64,000 nucleotides of DNA. Source: Candidatus Omnitrophota bacterium. Its GTDB lineage: Bacteria; Omnitrophota; Omnitrophia; Omnitrophales; Aquincolibacteriaceae. Position numbers and translations under genes: made by a program. Under the pieces are notes generated by a model that ran no database searches, was not told the origin of the DNA, and was given only the letters and a program-made list of their open reading frames with translations. Of the stretch, positions 21,087-34,000 are shown one piece after another. How positions within the stretch are numbered: position 1 is the first letter of the stretch; the number at the start of each line of letters is the position of its first letter. The stretch spans positions 5,136 through 69,135 of the forward strand of contig CAISGE010000004.1 in the NCBI GenBank assembly GCA_903884815.1. Direction: 5' to 3'.

Positions 21087-21165
21087 CGTGAGTTCAGAGT
21101 TCGGTGAACTGCTTACGCGATTTTTTCTACTCATGGCTCTGAACTCCAGGCTCATGACTGCGGCT
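21087..21165. repeat. inverted pair of degenerate heptamer arrays overlapping the plsC 3' end
   Basis: CGTGAGT TCAGAGT TCGGTGA ... ACTCATG GCTCTGA ACTCCAG GCTCATG ACTGCGG. Confidence 0.7.
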
Positions 21166-21939
21166 GTGGCGCAGCCGCTCCAGCCGCCCGATCATCTCAT
21201 GCCGGATCTTTTCTTTCGCTTCGTCCATGGAGGCATCCGCGAAATCATCGAGCGACACGGGTCTACCGATCGAAACGACGAACGTACTCCGCTTTCTGAT
21301 AAACCAGGACTTTTTGGGGAGTGCCTGCCCCGTCCCATCGATAACAATCGGAAGGATCTCCACTTTATTGTCCCGCGCCAATTTGAAGGCTCCCATCTTG
21401 TAGGCATGAATCTTCCCGTCCGGGCTGCGCGTCCCCTCGGGAAAAAGGAGCACACTGACATTTCGCTGAAGAACTAGTTTGATCCGCCTTGCCGCTTCGC
21501 GGCCGCTCTTATGGCTCGCCCGATCGACCGGCACATAACCCGCGGAAGCCATGGCCCAGCCCATAAAGGGGATCTGGAAGAGTTCCCGCTTGGCCAGGAA
21601 TTTAAAATTCAGCGGGAGCGCCGCGCAAACGGCCAGGATGTCCAGCATGCTCTGGTGGTTCGCGACGACGATATAGTGTTTCCCTTTCTGGAGATGCTCT
21701 TTCCCTGTCACTTCAAGCTTCCAGATGGAGCTCAAGGCAATGATCGTCCGGGACCAACGGATAGAGTTTTGGTGAACGATCCTCCGCGTCCCCGGGTCAA
21801 AGAGAAGGGATAAGGGGAAAAAGATCAGAAGGTCTGTGATCGCCGCAAGAAAAGTCAAGACGATTGTCACCCCCCAAAGAACACAGGAGTAAAAGAGGCT
21901 TTCCCAAAATCCGAATGGCTTTTCTCGGGCGGTTTTCAT
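21127..21939 (-). CDS. plsC: 1-acyl-sn-glycerol-3-phosphate acyltransferase
   Basis: NHQSMLD (HxxxxD), FLAKREL, FPEGTRS; start 21939 or 21948. Confidence 0.92.
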   Translation of the reverse strand: MKTAREKPFGFWESLFYSCVLWGVTIVLTFLAAITDLLIFFPLSLLFDPGTRRIVHQNSIRWSRTIIALSSIWKLEVTGKEHLQKGKHYIVVANHQSMLDILAVCAALPLNFKFLAKRELFQIPFMGWAMASAGYVPVDRASHKSGREAARRIKLVLQRNVSVLLFPEGTRSPDGKIHAYKMGAFKLARDNKVEILPIVIDGTGQALPKKSWFIRKRSTFVVSIGRPVSLDDFADASMDEAKEKIRHEMIGRLERLRHSRSHEPGVQSHE

Positions 21940-22044
21940 AAGCCGCATTTTAGCGGCAGGTGCGCCAAATAGAAACAGCTTTTTACCCCCATCTCGCAGG
22001 TTCCCGGTATCAGAGTTGGTTTGCGAAAACGCTTCAACAATTGG

Positions 22045-25000
22045 CTAGGCGGCCTGAAGTACCTGAAGGAACGCGTGGATCGCGTCCCCGATCTGGTTCA
22101 AACGGCTCTGCAAGCTTTCGTCGGTAGCGGTAATACGTTTTCCGGGCTCAAACCCCATTTCCATGATCGTCAATTCGCTGAGTTCTTTGCCGGGGACAAG
22201 CGCCTGAGACAAGCCCACGGCTCCCAATCGAGACGCCATACGAAGGTCAGCATTCGTCGCATCATAAGCCTCCTCCACCACGACGCCTTTGGCTGTATTC
22301 AAATTATCCGTCAGCTTTCGCATGATGGCGCGTGCGCCCAACAAGACATAACTGCCCCCGCTGGCATCCGTGTTTAATTTATCGTTCAGCTTTTGCGTGG
22401 TCGTCAGGAAGACGGAAAATCTCTTTTCAACATCCTTCCTGAGCATCCCGCGCTTTTCAGCCGCCGCGATAACCCTGTTCTTCAAAGCCCGAACCTGGGC
22501 CGGCGAGGGACCTTGTTTGCCAAGATCGGTGACCACCGGCAACTTGTAACGCATCTCCGGATTCGGGTTTAACATAAAGATCGCAACGATCGTTCCCACC
22601 CACGCATCCAGTTCCTTTTCGTCCGTAGGCAACGCGTCCACCAATTCAAAGACCCGACCGGCCCCCTGGCCCGCCAGGTGGCTGAAAGCCTTAGGATTGG
22701 ATCTTTTGAAAGCGCTCACGATATCAGGCGCCTCTTCCCCACCTGCGGCAGCAAGCAATGACTCCAGCTTTCGGGCGGCTTCTTCTGGCGAATCCTGACT
22801 CAACGCCATGATCCCGCCCACCAGGAACGCCACCAACACGATGGCCTCCGGCATCTTCGCGTCCACACTCAGAGCCGCACGGACCTCGCTCATTTTTTTC
22901 TTCCCCAACAGCGCCCGCAGCTCGGGCGGCAAGGCCTTCAAGATATTCGCTCCGGCATCCACGGTCTTAGTACCGCGAGCCTCAGGTTCTTTCTGATATT
23001 GCTCCGCAAAACCCGTCACCTTCAGGGCCGCCGCGATCGCCTTCACCGTAGGCCTCGCCTCCGACCGCATCTCCCCTTCTTTTGCCTCTGTCCGGACTGC
23101 GGGAGCCGTTGGGGATTGCCCCATGACCGGCAGCACGGCCGCCTCCACCGCCGCACCCCTCGCTTGGTCAAGAGCCGCTTCCATAGCATCAACCGCGTTA
23201 GCTACAGAAGACTCCTCCCTCGCCGCACGGAAGCTTCCAGCAACCAGGGCTTTGGCATCCGCGCTGGGATTCTGGGTCAATTCCTTGACCATTTTCGAAA
23301 CCGCCAGAGACGCAATGCCGAGTCCCACATTCGCGTATTCTTTTCCAGTTTCTGCCTTAAGAAACTCACAAACCGCCTGACCCGCCTCCAGGGTCATTTC
23401 AAACCTTTCCGGCTGTTCCAGCGCCTCTATGGCGAATGTGAGCGCCACAACATAAACACTATCAGGATCATAGATCCTTCTGGCGAAATCGTTAATGAAA
23501 CCGTTCAATCTCTCAAGCCTCTCCTTCCCCAACCCAAGAGCGTCCGCATTGCCGCTACGCAGATACCGCTCAATGGCGTTTTCCCCTCCTGGGATATGAG
23601 CAGTCAGGGCTGAAAGAAAGCGCCTTTCACGAGGGTGAGTTTGCGTCCCATCCTGCGCTTTCCATTCAGCATACTCGGCAGATTTGAGAGGATCCGTCTT
23701 TTCGATCTTTTCACCTATTTCGGCCGTTTTTTGGATAGCCTCCCCGCTGACCCTGGCCTCCTCCACGACAAGAGAAAGAGACCGCTGGTTCTCCGGAATT
23801 TCCGACGTCCTCGCGGAACGATAATCTTTGTGGGTCAATTCGTGGATCACCGTTTCCAGATCCTCGAACTGATGGAACTTCGTCCGGACCAGGATCACAC
23901 TCTTGCCTCCCCCAAGATCGATATGCGAGCCTTCATGCGTCGCATCCGAATACAGGGAGTGAGATAGTTCTGAATCATCCGCGACAAAAATAATCTCGTC
24001 GGCATCCACCGAAATACCGGCATCAGCCAGCAGAGCAAATATTTTCTTGGAATGTTCCTGAACAAGGCTCCCCCAACGCCCGTTTTTTACGATATCGCGT
24101 ATCACTTCACGAACGGAAGCCGCGTTATTTTCCGACAAACCTTTCATCACCATTCCGGCACTCCCTTGAGTAGAACGCTCATCCTCCAGGGCCTGTTCAT
24201 AACTGCGGACCGCCCCTTCCAAACGTGCCAAGGCGGCCCCGGGTAGCGCAGCCTCAGCCTCCTGCCCAGAGTTCGACCCAACGATATCCCTGAGGACACT
24301 CAACAAACCCTCTGTCGCCCTCGATGAATCGGCCTCTCGCCGGCTTAGATTCGTCGCAAAGATCTTCCAAAAAACTTCTCTGTCGATATTCTCTCTCTCC
24401 GGCAGAGCCGCGTTTCTTTCCAATAGCTCCGAAACAGAAGGCCGCTCCAAACGCGCCCGGATCGCTCCCATATCCGGCGAATACAGGGCCACCGATCCCG
24501 GCGACATATGCAAAACCGAATCCTCCCAAGCGTTCGTGACAACCGCCTCGCTTGGCCGCTCTCCCGTTAATATTGCTAGCGCGGCGGCCGACTGCGATTG
24601 AATAGGAGTAGAATCCTTCTTCGCCCCCGCTTTTTGCTGATTCACCCAACGGATCAAAAGTGCAACATGAGACAGGCCCATCTTTAAGCTGCGGATGTAA
24701 TTGCTGATGATCCTGATACACTCATCCCGGTGATTTACAAAAAAATCGAGCGCTTCCTTTTGAGAAAGAGACAAGTCTCTCCATTGAGAAGATTTCTCAT
24801 GAAGTACGGCATCGATCGCTTTTCCAATATTGAGGTCCCGCGCATTCCATTCCTCGAGGTCGGTCGCGACATTGAGCTTGGCAGGGTCCACATCCCGGAG
24901 CCTAAACGCCATATCCAGAAGAAAGCGATCCGCCATGGCTGAGATCATTGTCTTTGTGAAGGTAGACAATCTCACTTCAGAACGATCCGACACGCTGCTG

Positions 25001-28000
25001 GACCGCACCTCCGCCACCGGCTTCGCTCCCGCCCGCAGATCGCCGCGGGTACTCACTGGCGAAATAACCGGCATTGTGGACGTCTGTCCGACTACCCCAG
25101 CCAGCAACTCCCGCGTCTCGGAGCGGTCGGGCTCGTTGGGAATCCCGAGAAATGTTGCGCTTTCATCAAACGCAGACTGAACCTGATCAAATGGAATTTT
25201 TAGAAAGCCGGCCAGCTTCTCCATTTTTTCGGCATCGAATCCGGGCCGGAGGGACATCAGCCGGATCAATTCCCACTTCGAACTTGGGGTAAGAAATTCA
25301 AGAGGAATGGCTTTGCATTTTTCCTTTTCAAAGATCAGATCGCGAGATGCCACACCATACCGCCGGAAGCCGCGCTCGCTCGTTTGCTTCTCCGGGTCGA
25401 TTTTGACGCTTTCAAAATCCTTGATATACAGCTTTGCCGTTTCCATATCTGGAAAATTAAAGATCAGCAGGCCTTCTTCCTGCCAGGAAAGCGCTTCCTC
25501 GATCGCAATCGTAACCATCCCGCGGCTCATTTCTCCGGTTGCCGCCAGATCCCCCAGCGGATCACGATCGTATTTTTTCACGCCATGAAACCAGATCCTT
25601 TTAAGTCTCGCGTCGCTGAACTCATATCCCGTCTTCACTCGGCTGATATCGCCATTTTTGAGCCCCGCTTCCAATTCGCTCGGCAAAAGAGGGACACCAT
25701 CAACATTCACCAATGCAGCTCCGTCTTTCATCTTCAGGTCGGGATAAGTTCTCGTCTCGGAACGGATTTGATCGGTGGTTTCAAGCGTGCGGCGTTCTTG
25801 CCGCTTACCCTCGGCGGGTTGGACGGGCGCCTCATGACCTGCGCCCTCTGGCGTAACACCAGACTTTTCCACGAACTTCTTCGTCTCAGCCTTGATCGTT
25901 TCTGTCATCACTTTCGCCACATCCGCACCTCTCCCGATAAAATTTGGCGACAAGGCCGCATCCACGAGCGTCGGAACGACATCCTTCTCGGCGAAAGCTT
26001 TAAATACCCTCTCCACCTCTGCTTTCAACCCCGCCGCATTAAACGGATCTTTTCCGTCTTTGTTCTTCATGGAAAAACCGTCCATATCGAAATCAAGGAT
26101 CAAGGGTTTTCCAGGATCGGCTTGCGGCAATTCTTTCAAGTACACAATGTGAACTTTGATCGGCCTGAGGTGGCTCAGCGTATATTTCTCTAAGATTCCT
26201 GGATAGCGCTTCCCCGGATCCTCCTCCGGATGCATATAGACCTGCTTATCGCTGGGATCGGTTTTTGACGTAAGAAGCCCAACATAATAGGTACCCCCTT
26301 TCAACACAGCGGGAGCAGCTCCGGGATACTCCGGAAGGATCCAATATATCTCGCTGATCATATGCTGAAGTACCGCAGGAGCGATAAACCCCTCGATGCT
26401 AAAGCTTGGCTTGGACATATCCGGCTTATCCGGATCCTTCACATTTTCAAGGTCCCCCAGATCAAAGTGAGAGTCCCAGTGATAAAGCACCGCTTCGTGA
26501 ATCCCAGCTGCCGCCCATGCAAGGTAAGCGCTATTATGATTCTGCATCATATACACGGGAGCTTTCCCCATATACCCCGTCAGGTGGATACCATCTTTTT
26601 CATGTTTTGTGACGCTGGGAACATAATCTGGCTCGAGTTGTTGGCCATGCAGTGAAATGGAGGCCGCTAACGATAATCCCGCAAGCCCCGCTCGCCGGAG
26701 CAACGCTTTCCGCACCTCGGAGCGATCGGTAGCCGCGGTGGAGTTATTTGACCGGGACTCGGAACGGCCTCCGGGCGCAACAAAATCGTGAAAATATCTA
26801 TCTTTCGGCTCGTTAAAAAAGAATCCCGATCGGGCGGCAAACAGATAGTGACGTTTTACAAAATCCTTGAGCGCCGCGGAAGCATTATCATCTCCTTGTA
26901 TTTCCCCGAAGAATTCCTCGCCGTTGTCTTCTTCATGGACCCTCATGACAACATCCATGAACTCATCGGCGGAAAGGCTCCAATTTTTCTCGTTTATAGG
27001 TTTTAGCTCAGAATTTTGCGGCAGCCTCGCTGTTGACCTGCTCGGCCCGCTCCCCAACATCTGTCCTCCGGCAACAAAGGGTGTTCTACGAGGTATGCCA
27101 TCGAGCTGTCCCCCTCCTACAGGAGTAAACGACTCCATGATCTCCCAGGCCGCCCGCGCCACGGGAAGATCGCCGTTATCGGCAAGCCGGAGCACCAATT
27201 CGTTATCCACAACCCGCATCACGACATTACTCCTCCGTGGATTTCCGTACATCCTGCCGGTCCCTTTAAACGAGCTGATCATGAAGGCAATAGCACGCGC
27301 ATCTAGATATTTCAGTAGTCCGGATAATTCTTCCCTCAAGCGGGATCGCTGGTCCAACATTCCATCATCGATCTGAGGGCCGCCATTGAGAGACAAGAGT
27401 CCCATCGCCCTCAGACCATCCATGTGCTCCATCAACGCATCCTCGGATAAAGCCTCAATGTCCGTTCCATCCCACTTTGACCGGGTTAATTCTTCGAGGA
27501 TCTTCACAGGCTCATCCATAGGGATATCGCGCTCAAGCATCTTCACGGCGGGCCTCTCCTTTTTAGCAGGAACCGGCGGTAACACAACCGGCTGCTCCGA
27601 TGTTCCCACGAGAGGTCCTGGCTGATCGATCCCGGCATGAGACGCAAATGATTCCGACAATGCTTGGGCTCGATCTGCGGGTTGCAGGGATAATTCGTCG
27701 AGAAAATCCACTAAGTGGAATCCCAATGGGGGATGCCCTGCGTTATCCGCCATATAGCTGTCTCTATAACGCACGGCATATTGATTCATGAGGTTTTCAT
27801 GATGCTGCCCCGTAAAAAACAAGGCCAACTCACTTTTGATCCTGTCCGGCGATTTCAATATCCCGTAATCCACAAGAGCCATAATAAAATCAAACCGCTC
27901 CTGCGGGGACATCGAAAGCCCCCTATAACCCGGAAACCATCCTTCCATATATTCCCGCATGTCTTCATTCTGGGTGAGAGTCCCCGTCGTGACGCCGTCG

Positions 28001-31000
28001 CCCGCCGAAGCCTTGTTCAGCGCAACAAGGCTTCGCGCCAGAACACCCCGTTGCTGCATGAGGCCGTCTGACGCCCTGCAGCTTTTATCAACTTCCAGTA
28101 AGAGCGCGATCCTGGAGGGCAGTCCTTGCGTCTTATCTTCCCTCATGAGTAGATCGACCACAGCCTGAAAGATCTCGGGATCCGAAGCACCTTCTTTGAG
28201 AAATTGCGTAAGACGCTCATCGCGCAGCGGATTCCCTTCGCGCTGAGTTTCAACCCAAAACCTGAGTTTGCGTATACCCTCCCGCCGCACATCCGCCTCT
28301 GCCGATCGCAGCTCATGAAGAATATTCCCCATAAGATCAAATCCCAACGGATTTTTCTGTTGAGGGATGGGCGGAAACATATCCTCCCGTGACTGGCCGG
28401 GGTTGGCGGCATCCATGACCTTACGGACCTTCTCCGCATGCGCCGAGTTCCCCCGATCATCATTAAATCTCTTATTCGTATCATTAAACAAAGCCTCATC
28501 CGCACGGATCAATGCCAACGCCTGATTCGCCACATAAGAAGCTCTTGCAAGACCCTTCCGAACTTCCTCGCTTGGATGAGCGCCATATTGGTCCGCGCTG
28601 AGCTTCATAAAACGTTCGATATGTTTTTTAATTTCAAGCAAGGAGTGAAAGTTCTTAAGGTCCGGATCATAATAATCGTGAAGGGCTCGAAGCGCCCCGA
28701 TCTCACCTTTCAGATAATAATTAAAAACGCGGTGAACGAGCTCTTCGAGCTTTTCGAGCGGCATGGCGGCGGGAGAATCGTAGAGGATATGATGTTCCCG
28801 CGCAAAGTTCGCGAACGCCCGCTGATTATTAAGGTCTTCCCCGTCAAGGTCGTACCAGCCACCGCGGGGGGCTTTATACGTTTCGAAGCCATCGTCCTTA
28901 GCATCCGCACCAGCCGCCTTTATCTTCGGAGCAAAATCCATCGGCATCACACCTTTATCAAGAAGTGTGGCTGCCACCGCGTCGCTCACGGTTTGAGTCG
29001 GATCCTCCGAAAGCCTCCGCACCTCGATCCCGCTCGATGCGGGAAGAGCGGCCTCCGGCAGGAAAGTTTCGTTACCGAGGATCACGGATCCGGGAGGAAG
29101 CTTCAATGAACCGATGATTACCGTATCCATCGGATCGATCACGGCCAATTGGTCTAAAACAGCCGCTAGAGGAATCAAAACGACATATTTCGCACGGTAA
29201 AAAGGTGAGCGCTCGGGAAGAAGGGAACTTGTCACTGTTGAATTAAGACTGAAATGCAACGTCTCCCAGGCATGTGGCTGCAGAAAGTCCCCGTTGGGAG
29301 TCAGGACCTCTTCGGAAAAGAAACTTCTGGGATGGATAAATCCATCTTCTTCCGGATTTGCATCCGTCATGTGTACGAGATAGATCTGGGCGATATTCAG
29401 GGTTTCTCCGTCCCTTGAAATAGGAAACCCCTTTTCTTTCAGACTCGCCTTGGCGCGCTTCCACTTTTCCATAACAGCGCGAGACCACCCATGACTGAAC
29501 CGATTAGCGCCCTTGGACCGTGTCGAAGGCGCGCGTGCGGGCTTGGATGGGGCGGGCTTTGCGACAAAAGAGGAAGATGCCTCCGCAGGCATGCCCTTCC
29601 TGCGCCCATTCGTCACCAGTTTTTTCAGCTCTTCATAATCAGGTGATTTGAAATTCATCTGCTCGTCGAACGCGTGCTCCCGCAGCCCGGCGTAACTCCC
29701 CGCGTCAACCCTGTAGAACTCGGTCAGGATTTGAAAGAACTGCGCGATCGGAAGCTGCGCTTCCCTGGCAGCGGTCCTGACCTCCACAAAAGCATCCTCC
29801 AAGGCTTGGGCAATTTCAGCATCATCCCCCCGGATTCTGGCAGAATACGTCCGTTCAAGCATCCTTCCCAGAGGATCAAATGCGATGAGTGCGTTAGCAA
29901 GTTTCCGTTCTTCGGGAGTAAATTCAAAGAGATCATAGAGCTTGTTGTCTTGGATCAGCTGGAGCGACCTTTTATGCTGGAGGCTCTTATCTCCATCATC
30001 CTCCACCGCCGTCGGCTTCCCGACGTCGTGAATAGCAATCAATAAGCGGTAAAATCGCGGTGAAAAGTTATTGGGGAAGAACTCTTTTCGTTGCTCGAAT
30101 TCGTGAAGCACCTGGGCATCATGCTTTCGCAAACTCAGTTTCTGCACGACTCCTACGCTTCTCGGAAATTCATTTCGCAGCACCGGAACGCTTCGTGCCA
30201 AATATTCAAGAAATCGATCAATGCTGTCGCCATCCATCTTTGCCGAATTCGCCAAGTTCAAAGCATCTCTGACCCGCGTCTCAGAACGGCCGGCACCCGG
30301 CTCGGCGGGGCGAACTTCTGCGGCATTGGGCGGATTCAAGGATGGCCCCCGGCCCACCAAAAGCTCTCCGATCTTTAACAGTCCTGCAAAAAAGGCCGAC
30401 TTCAAGAATCTATTCACTTTTGCGCGGGCTGTGGTCAATCTCCCGGGCTGATCCCACTTGAAGATCAACTTTGCCGCGTCAAAAAGGAAGAAGATCGCAA
30501 CAGCAGTCATCCCACCCAAAAGGAAGAACGCGCCAGCATATTTGAGGGCCAGCGCAAAGCCCGCAAGGGTCCGCTCCTCCTTGGTAACGCCGCCCTTGAT
30601 CACCTGCTCAAACCAGGGCGTCTGCCAGGGTAACTCCAGCACATCCCAGAGCAACAAATAAGCGATGATCGCGACTTGACCGAGAGGCGAGGTCTCGACA
30701 GGGGCCTGACGCAGGACAGACGCGATAAGCTTCGCCACGTAAGGAAACGTGCTCAGATAAACGACCAGGTATTCAACCGCATAAAGAAATCCGGGATGCT
30801 TTAAAATCTCTCGAGCCCTCATCGACGCGATGTATCTCACTACCTGGATCATAATCAGTCCGGGAAGAAGTACTCTTTGAAATTGCTTCCAAAGGTTCGC
30901 CGGTGAAACCCATCGTGAACCAGACCGACTCAAACCAGCCTCCGCCGGCGTGGCGGAAGTTTCAGCTCCCTCTGTTTCGGGAGAGGAGGCGACCGAAGCC

Positions 31001-34000
31001 GATTTTTTGGGCGAATACTTTGCGGCAATCTTTATTGCAAGCTCCCCGATCTCACCAAGCGGTTTTTCATATAAGGGACCGGCCAATCTTGCCTGAGCCA
31101 AGGCCCACTGCTCCATTTTGGCAACTTCTTTCCGACTCGGATTTCTGTCTGCTCCAAGTTCGGAAAACTTTTTGATCGGCGGTAAGATCCGCTCAAGAAT
31201 ATCGCCGGCCAGGATCATTTGTCCGAGATCCAAGGACTCATGGCTCTCCATATACAGCCTCGCCACGAAATCCGCGGGATAAGAGGTGGCATACCTTTCT
31301 AAAAGCCATTTCCCGAAATCTTCCCCTTCAGAGTAGGTGCTGTAATGGGCCCCTCTCTCACGGTTAAAGTTTGCGTTAAAAGTTCCGTCGATAAGATCAA
31401 GATCTCCCGTCCAAGATTCCCCTCCCCCGGTTCCATAGAGAAAAGGCCTCCAAGACGCATGCAATTCCTTCGGAGTTTTCACAACGCTCTGCCCCGCGAC
31501 TTTTCCGGTCGGGGTGCCAGTCGCAAGCGTTTTAAATAACGCAGCCCCCAGGAACCTTCTGTCCCGAAAGGGTCCTTCTGTCGAACTCGCGCCGATCTGC
31601 AGGTCACTCAACAAATGCGTGTACTCATGCCAAAAGACAGAAGCCCATGAATCAAAAGTCATCCCGTCCGTTTGGGACTGTATTTTCACTTCAAAACCCT
31701 CTGGACCTGGGAATTCAAACCCGTTCGGATGACGGATGAACACCCTTGCAAATGTCGTGGTAAGATCATCCGTCTGAAAAAGGATCGAAGTCGACCGCTT
31801 GAGGATTGTCGATGCCTCTGCGTTGTCCTTGCCGTCAATACCCGCCGCCTCGAGGTATTTCTTAATAAGGTAATCTGTCATGGCGGCCCAATAGCGCATG
31901 AGCAAAGGAAAATCCGCCGGAATATCCATTCCCCGTTCTCGTTTCAATTCCCTGAAACGCTTTTCCTCGCTCACGTAATGCGGGTATTTCGAAGCCTCGG
32001 CTTTCAATATCGGTAATGCCTCGTGATAGGGAATCCCCTTCTCCATCAACTGCCGTATTGTTTCGTTTATTCCGGCCATAAATCTTGCGTCTTCTAGAGA
32101 TAATCCGGTCGACCCCTTCTCGATTTCCATGGCGACATTTAACTCTCCCGCGCCCTTCAGCGGAGTCACCACCACACGCTCGATAATAGCCCTCACGGAC
32201 CAGAGCTGATCGGATTCCACCATCCAGCGATAAACCCGGTTTGACTTCATTGCTGAAAAGCACAGCACCCCTGCCAACGCGGGGGGAACGAGTATTCGGA
32301 CGAGCGGGGACCGCCGTAATCTTCGCCAAATATTTCGCCGCTGCTCCGCACGCGACTCTGAGGAGCGTGCAGGTTGGGCAACGTCAGTCGGGGTGCGGGT
32401 TTCGGAGCGGACATTTGGAATATTAATTTTCGCCGCATCAGCACCGCTCAGGTCCTCCACAGACAGCCAATCAGCCGATTTGATGGAACGGACCATTTTG
32501 AGCAATTCCAGAGAAGTCATGCCCGAAAAATTGAAGAGTTGCCCGCAGGAAGCCAGCAAATTAAAAACATCCATCACGTCATCTTTAACAGGAATACCCG
32601 CACGCTCCAGCTCGGCGATCACACCCAAAAATTTTCCGATCATCGACTTACCAGACGCAAGAACATTGCTAATCTTCACCTCGACATCCGGGTTCATCGA
32701 TGCCTGGCCTACAAGGAGAGCTCTAAGTTCTTTAACAGCCATTTTCCGGGCAATTCCCTTGCCAACCGGCAATTTCTGACCGATCAATAAGGCCTGCATC
32801 AGTGCCCACAGACTCTTACGGCTATCGATGCTAAGAGTCGACGCAGCGCCGAGATCGATAATGGAGATGCGGATCTTTCCCTCGGCCGTGCGAGACACAA
32901 AGATATTTCCCCTGTGCGGATCCGCATGATAAAACCCGCAAATAAACATCATCCGGAAGAACAAATGTCCAAGAATATGTTCAACCGCAACGGGATCAAT
33001 TCCCAGAGCGGCAACACCCGCGTCGTCGGTAAGTGGCACTCCCGGCGCTGTCCTTTCCCTCATGACTGAATTTTGGGCTATTTCGTGAGCGATCGGCACG
33101 TCAAATTCATAGCCCCGGAAAGCGTTCTCCGCGCCCGCCTGCACAACGCGGATCGCTTTGGCGAGTCTTTTTTGATTCTCACCCTCCAGATCAAAATCCA
33201 TCTCCTTCCGGATCCGGTCCTCCACTCGGTCCAGCATCTGCTTCGGGACATTGATCTTCAACTTGTCCCCCAGCATTGCCGCCACGCGCCGCATAAATGC
33301 AATCTCCTCCTCTATGCGCTGTTCCCCGTCCGGGCGTTTGATCTTCACGATTTCTCTGCTTCCGTCCTGAGTGAGCGCCTCGTCTACTGCCTTAACCGAC
33401 GCGTTCCTTTTTTTATTATGCAGCTCCTGAAAGACATCCGTAAAACTGCCGAAGACCCTGTCGGTCATTTCAAACTTATCCTCGATCGGCATTGGATTCG
33501 CGCCATCCTTTAATCTCTCGAGGCGCGCCCGGATCTCGGGCGTGATGTCCTTGTCATCGATAAGAGGGGAAGAGGAAAGAATCTGCCCGAGCTTGACCAT
33601 GGTGATCCCGAACGATTCGAAGACAAGCCCAACGACTTCAGCCTCTCTCTCTTCCCGGGAAAGTCCTGGATCAGCAATGCGTGACAGTCCCGCGCAAAGA
33701 GATAAAAGCACCTGCTCTTTTCTGTAAGGGTCGCCTGCCTCTATAAGAATATCGTATATCCCCTTATAGAGGTCCCGGCGTTCCTTTTCAGTGCCGGCTT
33801 CCCCCTTGGGGTAGGCGTAGTTGAAGATAGCGTCGAAAAGATCCGCCGCTGCGTGATTGGGATATTCCCGCACGTAGGGAAGTCCGTGCTTCGTGGACAT
33901 ATCACGTCGCGTCACCTTCGCGGTTTCAGCCAAGACGCCGTTCTTACCGTACAACAGTAGATCCAGCATGTCTTGCCGCAGGCTGGTTCCGATGCCTTTA

